Of a stretch of 64,000 nt of DNA, positions 38,263-48,011 are shown one piece after another. Below the pieces are notes generated by a model. That model did not search any database and had not been told where the DNA came from. It saw nothing but the letters and a program-made list of their open reading frames with translations. The DNA comes from Candidatus Sericytochromatia bacterium. GTDB lineage: Bacteria; Cyanobacteriota; Sericytochromatia; S15B-MN24; JAQBPE01. Every line of letters starts with the position of its first letter. The stretch's first letter is position 1. Location: the NCBI GenBank assembly GCA_035285125.1, contig JAYKHR010000145.1, forward strand, positions 27,725-91,724, in the 5' to 3' direction. The position numbers and the translations under genes are program-made.

Positions 38263-40605
38263 ATGACCCTGGACACGCTTGCCTTCGAGAGCCCCTCGAC
38301 GCTGAAGCCCGGGGCGGCGAAGCCCCTTGTCAAGCCTCCAGCTGTGGGGGCGAGCATCGGCCGGGCAGACGCCGTGCCGAAGGTGCTCGGCGAGACCCGC
38401 TACGGGGGCGACATGTGGATGCCCGGGATGCTCTGGGCCAGCGTGGTGCGGGCCCACCACGCCCACGCCGAGGTGCTGGGCGTCGACACGAGCGCCGCAG
38501 AGGCCGTGGACGGGGTCGTCACGGTGCTCACGGGCAAGGACGTGCCCGGCACCAACATGCACGGCCTGATCCGACGCGACCAGGAGGTGCTCGCCACCCG
38601 CAAGGTGCGCTACCTCGGTGATGCGGTGGCCGTCGTGGTCGCCCGGGACCGCCGCACGGCCGAGCGGGCGCGAGACCTGGTCAAGGTCGACTACCACGTG
38701 TTGCCCGGCGTGTTCTCCATCGACGAGGCCCTGGCGCCTGACGCCCCCGCGGTCCACGACCACGGCAACCGGATGGGCAGCCAGCGCATCCGCAAGGGGG
38801 ACGCCGAGGCCGCCCTCGCCACCGGCTGCGAGGTGGTGGTCCAGCACACGGTGGAGACGCAGTGCGTCGACCATGCCTTCCTGGACGTCGAGGCAGGCCT
38901 GGCCATGATGGAGGGCGAGACCGTTGTCATCCACGCTGCCGGGCAGTGGGTCCACGAGGAGGCCCGCCTGGTGGCGATGGCGCTGGGGCTCCCGCTGGAG
39001 CGCGTCCGCATCATCCAGCCCCCCACGGGGGGTGCCTTTGGCGGCCGCGAGGACATCTCCGTCCAGATCTTCCTCGGCCTCGCCGTGCTCAAGACCGGCA
39101 AGCCCGTGGGGCTGCACTACACGCGGGCCGAGTCGATGGTGGCCCGCCACAAGCGCCACCCGCTCCGCATCCACTACACCCTCGGCGCCCAGCGGGACGG
39201 CACCCTCGTGGCCGCCAAGGTCGAGATCTTCGCGGACGAGGGCGCCTACGCGAGCACCGGCATCGCCGTGCTGCGAAAGGCGGCGAGCCACGCGACGGGC
39301 CCCTACAGGGTGCCCCACGTGCACGTCGACGCCCATGGGCTCTACACCAACCAGAACCCCACGGGCGCCATGCGTGGCTTTGGAGCCTGCCAGCTGGCCA
39401 TCGCCTACGAGGCCGCGCTGGACAAGCTCGCCGCCGAGCTCGGCGTCGACCGCGTCGCGCTGCGGCGCCAGAACCTGCTCACCAGCGGCGAGATGGTGAC
39501 CACCACCCAGCGCATCCCGGTGGTCTCGGCGCAGGCCTGCCTGGAAGAAGCAGCCCGGCGCATCGGGTGGGACCAGCGCGACTACACGGTGGACCCGGCC
39601 AAGCCCTGGCTCAAGAAGGGGTACGGCATCAGCACGTTCTGCTTCGGGCTGGGCTACGGCGATGGCTTCCCGGACGCGAGCCGCGCCCGCGTCCGGCTGA
39701 ACGAGGAGGGCCTCGTCGAGGTTTACTCAGGCGGGGTCGAGGTCGGTCAGGGCATCCATATGATGTGTGCCCAGGTTGCCGCCGAGGAGCTCGGCGTGGA
39801 CCCCCGGACCGTCCAGGTGACCCTCGCCGACACGGCCCTGACGCCCGAGGCCGGCTCGAGCTCGGCGACGCGGCAGACCTTCTTCACCGGCAACGCCGTT
39901 CGGCTCGCGGCGACCGAGCTCAAGAAGGTGCTGTACGACGTGGCAGGTCATGTGCTGCCCGTGCACCCCGAAGACCTCGGCGTGGCGGACAGCCACGTGT
40001 TCGACCGGGAGCACCCGGATCGGCGCGTGCCGTTCATCCGGCTGGTGTCCGAGGCCCGGAGCCGCGGGCTCGCCCTCGAGGCACGCAGCCACTACCAGCC
40101 CGCCACGGTCACGGGCAGCCCCGAGACCGGGCTGTCCCCGCGCGTCTTCATCACCTATCTGTTCGGGGCGCATGCCTGCGAGGTGCTCGTGGACACCCAG
40201 ACGGGGCAGGTGAAGCCGCTGCGGATCGTGGCCGTGCACGACGTGGGCAAGGCCATCAACCCGCAGCTTGTCGAGGGCCAGATCGAGGGCGGCGTCGCGC
40301 AGGGCCTCGGGATGGCCCTGATGGAAGAGGTCCTGATGAAGGACGGCCGGATGCTCAACCCGGGCTTCACGGACTACATCCTGCCCACGATGGTCGACAC
40401 CCCCACGATCGAGGCGGTCTACCTCGAGCACCTCGACCCGGAGGGCCCCTTCGGCGCCCACGGTGTGGGCGAGCCGCCGCTGATCGGCACACCGCCGGCC
40501 ATCCTCGGCGCCATCCACGACGCTGTAGGGGTGCAGGTCGCCCAGACGCCAGCGACGCCGGAGCGCGTCTGGCGGGCGATGCGCGAGGCAGGGGTCAGAG
40601 CGTGA
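38263..40605 (+). CDS. Xanthine dehydrogenase family molybdopterin-binding subunit
   Basis: AAGGAGG RBS; GGAFGGRE, GAYAS, AMRGFG, EVGQG, HDVGKAINP, QIEGG, GVGEPP. Confidence 0.94.
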   Translation: MTLDTLAFESPSTLKPGAAKPLVKPPAVGASIGRADAVPKVLGETRYGGDMWMPGMLWASVVRAHHAHAEVLGVDTSAAEAVDGVVTVLTGKDVPGTNMHGLIRRDQEVLATRKVRYLGDAVAVVVARDRRTAERARDLVKVDYHVLPGVFSIDEALAPDAPAVHDHGNRMGSQRIRKGDAEAALATGCEVVVQHTVETQCVDHAFLDVEAGLAMMEGETVVIHAAGQWVHEEARLVAMALGLPLERVRIIQPPTGGAFGGREDISVQIFLGLAVLKTGKPVGLHYTRAESMVARHKRHPLRIHYTLGAQRDGTLVAAKVEIFADEGAYASTGIAVLRKAASHATGPYRVPHVHVDAHGLYTNQNPTGAMRGFGACQLAIAYEAALDKLAAELGVDRVALRRQNLLTSGEMVTTTQRIPVVSAQACLEEAARRIGWDQRDYTVDPAKPWLKKGYGISTFCFGLGYGDGFPDASRARVRLNEEGLVEVYSGGVEVGQGIHMMCAQVAAEELGVDPRTVQVTLADTALTPEAGSSSATRQTFFTGNAVRLAATELKKVLYDVAGHVLPVHPEDLGVADSHVFDREHPDRRVPFIRLVSEARSRGLALEARSHYQPATVTGSPETGLSPRVFITYLFGAHACEVLVDTQTGQVKPLRIVAVHDVGKAINPQLVEGQIEGGVAQGLGMALMEEVLMKDGRMLNPGFTDYILPTMVDTPTIEAVYLEHLDPEGPFGAHGVGEPPLIGTPPAILGAIHDAVGVQVAQTPATPERVWRAMREAGVRA

Positions 40606-40891
40606 GGTCGTCGCGGGTCTGCTTGTAGGCCAGGAAGCTCTGGAAGAGCTGGTCCTGTGCCAAGGCCCGTTCTGCCTGCTCGGCCGGGTCGTCGGGCCCC
40701 CAGCTGAGGAGGTCACCGGGCTGGCAGCCGAGGGCCTGGCAGAGGTCCGCCAGCACCGAGAGCGACAGGTCGATCGGCGGCACCGCGCCGCGCAGGTCAC
40801 CCGGAACGGCAAAGCCCAGCCGTGCCTCGAGGGTGCCCCACTCGAGGCCGATGCGCTCGAGGTGCTCCACCAGGTGCCAGCGCAACCCCAT
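40595..40891 (-). CDS. Cro/C1-type (XRE) HTH protein
   Basis: IDLSLSVLADLCQALGCQPGDLL motif. Confidence 0.7.
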   Translation of the reverse strand: MGLRWHLVEHLERIGLEWGTLEARLGFAVPGDLRGAVPPIDLSLSVLADLCQALGCQPGDLLSWGPDDPAEQAERALAQDQLFQSFLAYKQTRDDLTL

Positions 40892-41158
40892 CGTCTCGGC
40901 CCTCCGAGGCCGTACGTTAGCGCCGTGACGCCGGCCGTGTCAACCAGATGATCCCCGATCGTTCGACCATCACAGCGCACCCGGCGCGTTCGCGCTACCG
41001 TGAGGGGTAAGGGTCGGTCCGACGGGGCCGGCCCACGGCGGGCAACCAAACCCTCTAACGTTGTCGTGGCAAGGCATCGCGGGTTTAGGCAGGGGTCGCT
41101 GAGGGTATGAACCCGGTGCGGCGGAAGCCGCCTCACCGGTCGCAGGGAGGCCCACTCG

Positions 41159-41752
41159 ATGGGTAAGTTCACGAACCGAGTCCTGGGAGCCGTGGCCTGT
41201 GCCACGCTGGCCTCCAGCCTGCTAGCGGGTTGCAAGTTCTTCGAGATCACCAACCCGCTCATCCCCAAGGCCCGGGTGGTGGCGTTCCCTGAGCCCAGCT
41301 CGATCAACCTGAACCTGACCTACAGGCTCGCCGACAACACGATCCAGTTCGAGGTCGAGGACGCGCGGGCGAAGGTGCGCACCTACCAGGGTGACGCGAG
41401 CCCTGGCATCGTCTTCCAGGGGTATGCCGCCGAGTACTTCGATCAGACCAACCTCCCGATCGCATCGCTGCTGCTATCCAAGGTGAACTTCGGCGTGTCG
41501 GCTTACCTGCCCCCCGCCAGCGGCAACACCCCGTCGGAGATCGAGATCGACCTGCCGATTTACAACCAGCAGGTCCGCTCCTACGCGATCGACCAGGTGT
41601 TTGTGGGGCGGGCGCCCCTCATCGGCCTCAACCGGAACCTGATCCACACCATCAACTGCCGGGTCACGCTGTTCGGCACCGACGACAACTACAACGAGAT
41701 CGAGGTGCCGTTCGCGGTGCCCATCCGGTTCAACGGCGACATCCAGCCGTAG
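41159..41752 (+). CDS. Hypothetical beta-rich lipoprotein
   Basis: GGAGG RBS; LAGC lipobox. Confidence 0.8.
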   Translation: MGKFTNRVLGAVACATLASSLLAGCKFFEITNPLIPKARVVAFPEPSSINLNLTYRLADNTIQFEVEDARAKVRTYQGDASPGIVFQGYAAEYFDQTNLPIASLLLSKVNFGVSAYLPPASGNTPSEIEIDLPIYNQQVRSYAIDQVFVGRAPLIGLNRNLIHTINCRVTLFGTDDNYNEIEVPFAVPIRFNGDIQP

Positions 41753-41761
41753 GAGGCGCCC

Positions 41762-42871
41762 ATGCGCTCGCTTAACCGCACCCTGCTCGCAGGCCTTGCC
41801 GGCCTGTTGTCGACCTCGACGCTCCTGTCGGGGTGCGACACGACCGGGCTGGTGGCTCAGTTCCCGGCCCTGTCGCCCTACCTGGGGCCCCGCCCGAAGG
41901 CCGCTGCCTTCTCTCTCGGGCGCGGTCACATCGCAGGCCGCGTCGTGCGAGACCAGGACGTCCCCGTGGGCAACGCCTTCGTGACGACGGGCGGGGCCTA
42001 CGCCTTCAGCGCCAACTTCCCCACCAACCCCGAGGACATCGAGCTCGCGTCGGACAGCGACAACGGCCGGGACAAGATCTTCGTCGAGCACGAGTTCGAG
42101 GACGGCTCCGTGGAGCCTGCGTTGCGCGTCGTGCGGAAGTTCCCGTCTGGCACCACCAAGGCGGGCAAGTACTACTACCTGAAGGCGGGCGAGTTCCTGC
42201 TCGAAGGCATCCCCGAGGGCGAGGTGCTGGTGACGGCCTCCTTCGGTGAGGTGCGCACCGCCCCCACGCGCCTCACGGTGTTCCAGAACTTCCTGCTGAC
42301 GGGCCTCGTGTTCAAGCTCGCCATCCCCGAGCCGCTCGACAAGGTCAACGGCCAGGATCCGCAGGTGCTTGAGTGGTCCAAGCTGGAGCCCGAGAACGGC
42401 ATCACGCTGAAGATCACCACGCGCTCGGTGGTGCAAGACGGGGTGTCGAACGACGAGACCTCTGTGACCTACAACCCCGACCCGCCCGACGTGCGGGTGA
42501 CGCTGCGGTCGCCGCCGGGAAGCGCGGGGGGCACGGTGGCCTTCTACAAGATCTTCTACACGTACGCCACGGCAGCCAGCGTGGCCACGTCGGGCGGCAA
42601 GGAAATCGCCCTGCCCGCGATCACCTACCCCACCCCGCCGATCACGGTGCCGCCCGGGCAGCAGCAGAACTACGGCCCCTCCGTCGAATTCAGCATCCCG
42701 CTGGGCTCCACCGCCATCCAGAAGCTGTTCCAGAAGCCGCAGGCTCAGGAGGCGGACATCCCGATCTTCGTGGTGGCCCGCATCAACTTCCTCAACGCCA
42801 ACGGGGACACCTTCCAGGGCCCCAACGGCCCGCTCGAGGTCGCGGTCCCGATGCGGTCGCTGACGCAGTAA
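41762..42871 (+). CDS. Hypothetical beta-rich lipoprotein
   Basis: AGGAGG RBS; LSGC lipobox. Confidence 0.8.
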   Translation: MRSLNRTLLAGLAGLLSTSTLLSGCDTTGLVAQFPALSPYLGPRPKAAAFSLGRGHIAGRVVRDQDVPVGNAFVTTGGAYAFSANFPTNPEDIELASDSDNGRDKIFVEHEFEDGSVEPALRVVRKFPSGTTKAGKYYYLKAGEFLLEGIPEGEVLVTASFGEVRTAPTRLTVFQNFLLTGLVFKLAIPEPLDKVNGQDPQVLEWSKLEPENGITLKITTRSVVQDGVSNDETSVTYNPDPPDVRVTLRSPPGSAGGTVAFYKIFYTYATAASVATSGGKEIALPAITYPTPPITVPPGQQQNYGPSVEFSIPLGSTAIQKLFQKPQAQEADIPIFVVARINFLNANGDTFQGPNGPLEVAVPMRSLTQ

Positions 42872-42938
42872 CGGCCGGGCACGCAGCGGCCACGCCCGGT
42901 GGGGTGCACGCCTCACCGGGCGGCGCTTTTCCGGGGAG

Positions 42939-45080
42939 GTGTTTGTGGAACCGCTGGTGTTGTCAGGGGCCTGGCAGCTCAGGCCCGTGGAAGCCTTCGC
43001 GGACGAGTACCCGGCCACGGCAGGCTGGTTGGAGCAAGACCTGCCGGCGCACTGGCAGGAGCACCCGGCGCTGGCTGACCACAGCGGCAAGGTCGTCTAC
43101 CGCAAGACCTTCGCGGGCCCGCCAGGGCTGGAGCTCGCCCCCGCCGTCCGGCGCTGCCTGCGCCTGCGCGGCGTGTTTTACCGCTTTCGCATCCGGCTCA
43201 ACGGCGTGCCCGTGGGGGAGAGCGAGGGCTACTTCTTCCCGCAGGACTTCGAGGTCACGGGGCTGCTGCAGGCGCACAACGAGCTGATCATCGAGGTGGA
43301 CAGCCCGACCGAACGGTCCTGTCTCGAGAAGGAGACGATCACGGGGGTGTTCGCCCACTGGGACGCCCTGTCGAGCTACGCTTACAACGCGGGTGGGCTG
43401 TGGCAGCCCGTGGAGCTCGTCGCCCACCCCGCGCTCCACATCGCGCGCACGCTGGTGCACCTCGAGCGCTTCGACGCGCAGGCCGCCTCTGTCGCGCTGA
43501 GGCTGGAGCTGCAGGTGGAGGCCCCGGGCCCCGCGCGCTGGTCGGTGACCTTCACGCCCCACAACTTCGGGGGCGAGGCACTGGGCTTCGCTGGCGAGGT
43601 CGAGCTGGGCGAGGGCCACTTCGGCTGGCAGCAGGTGCTGCAGCTTGCGCCGTACCGGCTCTGGTGGACGCACGACCTCGGGCACCCGGCGCTGTACCGG
43701 GTCGCGGTGCGGCTTGAGGGCCCCGGTGGGCATGTCGCCACCTGGGAGGGTGTCACGGGGCTGCGGACCTGGGAGATGCGGAGCTACGTGGCGCACCTGA
43801 ACGGGCGCCGCCTGTACGTGAAGGGCAGCAACTACCCGCCAGGCGACGCCCGCCTGGGCACGATGACGGCCGAGAGGGCGGCGCACGACATGCGCCTCGC
43901 GATCGACGCCCACATGAACATGCTGCGCGTCCACGCCCACGTGGACCACCCGGCGCTGTACGCCGCGGCGGACGAGGCCGGGGTGCTGCTGTGGCAGGAC
44001 TTCCCCCTGCAGTGGCTGTACGCGCGCAAGGTGCTGCCCGAGGCGCTGCGCCAGAGCCAGGAGATGGTGCGGCTGCTCTACAACCACCCCAGCATCGTGG
44101 TCTGGTGCCTCCACAACGAGCCGCTGCACGTCGACGACACCAGCGTGGAGCCCCTGCTGCGCCAGCTGCGGACCTACTGGAGCCTGATTCGCAGCTGGAA
44201 CCGCGACGTCATGGGCACCCAGCTGGTGGCGGCGGTGTCCCGGCTGGACGCGGGCCGCACGGTGATCCGCTCGTCCGGCGAGATGTGGATCCCCGGCTGG
44301 CTGGAGGGCACGGACGGCCACTTCTACTTTGGCTGGTACATGTCGTACGGGCCCAAGCGCTGGTTCGACCTGTGGCGGCGGCTCTTCCCCCGCAGCCTGC
44401 GGTTCGTGACCGAGTTCGGCACCCAGAGCTTTCCCAACTACGAGAACGCCCGGCGCTTCCTGCCGGACGACTTGCGCGGCGCAGACTGGCGGGCGCTGCA
44501 CAGGCAGTACCTGCTGCAGTGGGACCTGATGGGGCTGTGGATCGACACCAGCTCGCACGACCTCCAGGACCTCGTGGCCCGCAGCCAGGCCTACCAGGCC
44601 GAGATCAACCGCTACTACATCGACCGGCTCCGGTACTACAAGTACCGTCCGAACGGGGGCTTCCTGAACTTCATGTTCATGGATTCCCAGCCTGGCGTCA
44701 GCTGGTCGCTGATCGACTACTGGCGGACGCCCAAGGCCTCTTACGAGGCCTACCGCCGCTGCCTGTCGCCGCAGTACGCCTTCTGCCTCACGCCACGCGA
44801 CAGCTACCGGGTCGGCCGGCGGGTGGCGCTGCCGGTGTACGTGGTGAACGACGCCCCCGCGCCTCGCGAGGTCACGGTCACCACCACGCTGCTGGACCCG
44901 GAAGGCCGGCCGGTGACCGAACTGGTCGTGACCCGCACGCTGCACGCGGACAGCGAGGCGGAGGCCCTCGGCCCGGTGGCCTTCCAACCCACGTGCCGCG
45001 GCCGCTGGGAGCTGCGGCTGACGCTGAGCCAGGCCGAGGGGCCTGAGCTGGTGAACGCCTACGGGCTCGAGGTGGCCTAG
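42939..45080 (+). CDS. Glycoside hydrolase family 2 (beta-mannosidase-like)
   Basis: GGLWQPV, LWWTHDLG.P.LY, NMLRVHAH, WQDFP, NHPSIVVWCLHNE, VTEFG. Confidence 0.9.
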   Translation: MFVEPLVLSGAWQLRPVEAFADEYPATAGWLEQDLPAHWQEHPALADHSGKVVYRKTFAGPPGLELAPAVRRCLRLRGVFYRFRIRLNGVPVGESEGYFFPQDFEVTGLLQAHNELIIEVDSPTERSCLEKETITGVFAHWDALSSYAYNAGGLWQPVELVAHPALHIARTLVHLERFDAQAASVALRLELQVEAPGPARWSVTFTPHNFGGEALGFAGEVELGEGHFGWQQVLQLAPYRLWWTHDLGHPALYRVAVRLEGPGGHVATWEGVTGLRTWEMRSYVAHLNGRRLYVKGSNYPPGDARLGTMTAERAAHDMRLAIDAHMNMLRVHAHVDHPALYAAADEAGVLLWQDFPLQWLYARKVLPEALRQSQEMVRLLYNHPSIVVWCLHNEPLHVDDTSVEPLLRQLRTYWSLIRSWNRDVMGTQLVAAVSRLDAGRTVIRSSGEMWIPGWLEGTDGHFYFGWYMSYGPKRWFDLWRRLFPRSLRFVTEFGTQSFPNYENARRFLPDDLRGADWRALHRQYLLQWDLMGLWIDTSSHDLQDLVARSQAYQAEINRYYIDRLRYYKYRPNGGFLNFMFMDSQPGVSWSLIDYWRTPKASYEAYRRCLSPQYAFCLTPRDSYRVGRRVALPVYVVNDAPAPREVTVTTTLLDPEGRPVTELVVTRTLHADSEAEALGPVAFQPTCRGRWELRLTLSQAEGPELVNAYGLEVA

Positions 45081-45922
45081 CGCCCCAGGATGTCGATCCG
45101 CACCGCGCCGACGCCGTCGATGGCGAGCACGCGGGCCGCTGCAGCCGACAGGTCGATCATGCGGCCCGCCACGTAGGGCCCCCGGTCGTTGATCCGAACG
45201 AGGCAGGCCTTCTGGTTGCGGGTGTTGGTCACGAGGAGGACGGTCCCGAAGGGCAGGGTCTTGTGAGCCGCCGTCATCATGTTCTGGTCGAAGCGCTCCC
45301 CGCTGGCAGCGCGGCGGCCGTGGAAGCCCGGCCCGTACCACGAGGCCCGCCCCAGCAAGGTGCCTGCCCCCGCACCACGGGAGGCGACGAAGCCCAGCGC
45401 GCGGCCCCCCGACGCCATGCGAAGGTTGTCGAGCCAGCGCAGCACCAGCTGAGCGGGCCGCACCCCGACCTCGGCAGCCAGGCGGTCGTCGATGGTGACC
45501 AGGGTCTCGCCGCCCAGCACGAGCGCGTAGGTGCCGCCACGCCGAGCGGGCTTGATGTCGTCGGCGCGGAGCCGGCCCTGCGCGTGGGCCCGGTTGATGC
45601 GCTCGGCAATGGCGTTCGCCCGTGCCCCGTCGTCTCCCGGCAGCGTCATCACGCGCAGCAGCCCCACGTAGACGTCAGCAGCCACCCGCCCGCGTTCCAG
45701 GGTGGCGACGGCGTTGGCGAACCGCGGGTTGGAACTGAGCAGTTCGGCGCCCGTGCTGGCGACCTTGGCATGCATCTCGACGGCGCCCGCGGGGACCACC
45801 CCGTTGGGGGCCAGCGTCCAGGCCGAGTCCGGCTCGTAGATGTCCAGAGCGCGCGCAGCGGGCGCCGCGACGGCCAGCGGGAGGCTCAGCAGGGCGGTGG
45901 ATGCGAGCAGTCTGAACAGCAT
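45077..45922 (-). CDS. rlpA: RlpA family lytic transglycosylase (DPBB domain)
   Basis: ASWYGPGFHGRRAASGERFD..MTAAHKTLPFGT...VRINDRGPY...IDLS; AGGAGG RBS. Confidence 0.9.
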   Translation of the reverse strand: MLFRLLASTALLSLPLAVAAPAARALDIYEPDSAWTLAPNGVVPAGAVEMHAKVASTGAELLSSNPRFANAVATLERGRVAADVYVGLLRVMTLPGDDGARANAIAERINRAHAQGRLRADDIKPARRGGTYALVLGGETLVTIDDRLAAEVGVRPAQLVLRWLDNLRMASGGRALGFVASRGAGAGTLLGRASWYGPGFHGRRAASGERFDQNMMTAAHKTLPFGTVLLVTNTRNQKACLVRINDRGPYVAGRMIDLSAAAARVLAIDGVGAVRIDILGR

Positions 45923-46136
45923 ATTCGGATGGCCTCCTGGCGACAACGACATCGCGACGCCTGGTCGGAGGCTCAGGTTAACACGCGGGCGCATCCACGT
46001 CAAAACGCGCCGCCCCACCTCCCCAGAAACGCTGGCCCAGAGTGCCTTTCAAGGGTCTGTATCAGCCATCACCTGAGGCCCCGGCAGGCCCCCCGGGTAT
46101 ACTCCCCTCGGCGCTGCACCGAAGGGGGCTCAGGCC

Positions 46137-46676
46137 ATGCGCGCAGGTTTCACGCTCATCGAGGTGCTGGTCGCGGCCACCTTGCTCACGCTCGGGCTGG
46201 GCACGGCGGCCTACCTGATGGCGTCCGCCTATGGCACCTTTCGGGCCCAGGAGCGCACCATCGAGAGCCAGCACCTGGTCCACAATGAGCTGGAGACGAT
46301 GGTCAACACGTCTTACGCGGAGCTCGTGTCGTACCTGGCGTCGGCGCGGAACCCGGGCGAGCCCGCCCGCGAGGCGCTCGTTCCCCTGCGGGACTACGTC
46401 AAGGAGGGGGACGGCAGCGTGAAGGCCACCGTCGAGCTGATCCCGCCGGGGCCAGACGAGACCAAGTACAAGGTGCAGCGCAAGGACCCTGCCAAGGGCC
46501 TCTTTCTGACGCTTTCCCGCCAGCCGCGCACGACGATCGAGATGACGGTGCGGCTCCAGCACTGGGACCCGGTGCTGGATCGCCCCAGCGAGACGGCTGC
46601 GGGCCTGATCCGGGCGACGTGCCAGACGAACGTGCACGGCACACACGACGATGGGGCCGTGTATGTGGCGCGGTAA
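46137..46676 (+). CDS. Prepilin-type N-terminal cleavage/methylation protein (PilV/GspI-like)
   Basis: MRAG|FTLIEVLVA. Confidence 0.88.
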   Translation: MRAGFTLIEVLVAATLLTLGLGTAAYLMASAYGTFRAQERTIESQHLVHNELETMVNTSYAELVSYLASARNPGEPAREALVPLRDYVKEGDGSVKATVELIPPGPDETKYKVQRKDPAKGLFLTLSRQPRTTIEMTVRLQHWDPVLDRPSETAAGLIRATCQTNVHGTHDDGAVYVAR

Positions 46677-47448
46677 CCCGGCGCCGGGCTTCACCGTGCT
46701 GGAGCTCCTGATCGCGGCCAGCCTCACCACCCTGCTGGCCGGCCTCGCGGCCCAGGGCACGTTCGAGTACTTCCGGCTCAAGCAGGGGCTGCTGCTCCGC
46801 ACCGAGCTGCGCCACGCGGTGCAGGCGGTGCAGGCGCGCGTGAGCAGCACGCTGCAACAGGCCATCAGCTTGTTACCGCTCACCGGCGGCGGGTACATCC
46901 TCGTGCTGCCGCAAGACCGGGACCGGTGCGGCTACGTGTGCGCCCTGGATCGCTACCAGGTGCTGCGCTGGGAGGTCGTCCCGGAGGCCGGCCGCACGGG
47001 GGCCTCCTACCTGCGGGAGGTTCGCACCACGACGCGGGCCTTCCGGCTGCCCGTCTCCGAGGCCGAGCTCCAGCCCGTCTTTGCCAAGGCCATCGGCAGG
47101 GGCGAGCGGGTGGCGTCGGGGGTGACGGCCCTGATCATCGAGCCCGAGCGCGACCGGTTCTACAACACCGTGATCAAGATGCAGCGGGAGGGGCCTCGCG
47201 GCGGCGGCCCCGTGACCCTGGCAAGCCAGGAGTTCGTCGCCCTGCGATCGCAGCCACGCCAGGAGGACCTCCCGGACCTGGCGGCGCTCAGCCCGGGCAA
47301 GATCAGCACGGGGGACGCGTCCCACCATGCGTCCCACCCCCACGCGCCAGGGGCGTTGGAGGGACCGACGGCGACGCCCCTGCCAGCCGCCACGCGGCCC
47401 CCGCGCGGGCCCGGACCAGAGGCCCCCCCGGCCGGGGGGGGGCCGTGA
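46663..47448 (+). CDS. Prepilin-type protein (PilW/GspJ-like)
   Basis: PG|FTVLELLIA; overlaps the upstream gene. Confidence 0.85.
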   Translation: MWRGNPAPGFTVLELLIAASLTTLLAGLAAQGTFEYFRLKQGLLLRTELRHAVQAVQARVSSTLQQAISLLPLTGGGYILVLPQDRDRCGYVCALDRYQVLRWEVVPEAGRTGASYLREVRTTTRAFRLPVSEAELQPVFAKAIGRGERVASGVTALIIEPERDRFYNTVIKMQREGPRGGGPVTLASQEFVALRSQPRQEDLPDLAALSPGKISTGDASHHASHPHAPGALEGPTATPLPAATRPPRGPGPEAPPAGGGP

Positions 47449-47987
47449 AGCGTCGCCGGGGTGGAGCGCTCTACTTCGTCTTGCTGATGCTCGCCGTGCT
47501 CGTCTTCCTCGGGGCGATGGTGCCCCAGGTGCTCGTCCAGGCGAGCGTGGGCATCCGGCACGACAAGGCCCGGGACGCGCTCACGGTGGCCCTCGACTCG
47601 GCCATCGCCTTCGGCGAGGCCCGGCTCAAGCGGGACGTGGGCGACGCCCTGCTGCTCGGCAGGGTGCCGGAGACCACCCCGCGCTTCACGGTGCGCCCCA
47701 GCCAGGACAACCCCGACCACGGCCCGAAGCGGCGCCTCGACTGGGAGGCGAGCCTGGTCGAGTTCGGGCCCCACGACCTCGGCGGCGAGGACGCCTACAC
47801 CTACCGCTACGGGCTGCGGGCCTCGGCCTGGGAGACGGGCGGCGCGCACCGGACGGAGCGCGTGGCGGTGACGGGCCTGATGACCATCCAGACGGCTGCT
47901 GGGCGCGCCCCCGGGGCGTTGCCCGAGGTCACCTTCGAGCCGATGATCATGCCGCTGGCAACAGGCACCCTGTCGCCCCCGCCCTGA
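47445..47987 (+). CDS. PilX/GspK-like minor pilin
   Basis: KRRRG|GALYFVLLML lacking Glu5; GTGA overlap. Confidence 0.72.
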   Translation: MKRRRGGALYFVLLMLAVLVFLGAMVPQVLVQASVGIRHDKARDALTVALDSAIAFGEARLKRDVGDALLLGRVPETTPRFTVRPSQDNPDHGPKRRLDWEASLVEFGPHDLGGEDAYTYRYGLRASAWETGGAHRTERVAVTGLMTIQTAAGRAPGALPEVTFEPMIMPLATGTLSPPP

Positions 47988-48011
47988 GGCCCCCCGCGCT
48001 GGCCTGACGCC

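Noticed and set aside
38263..40605. Aerobic CO dehydrogenase CoxL
   Set aside because: The active-site loop is AMRGFG, not AYxCSFR.
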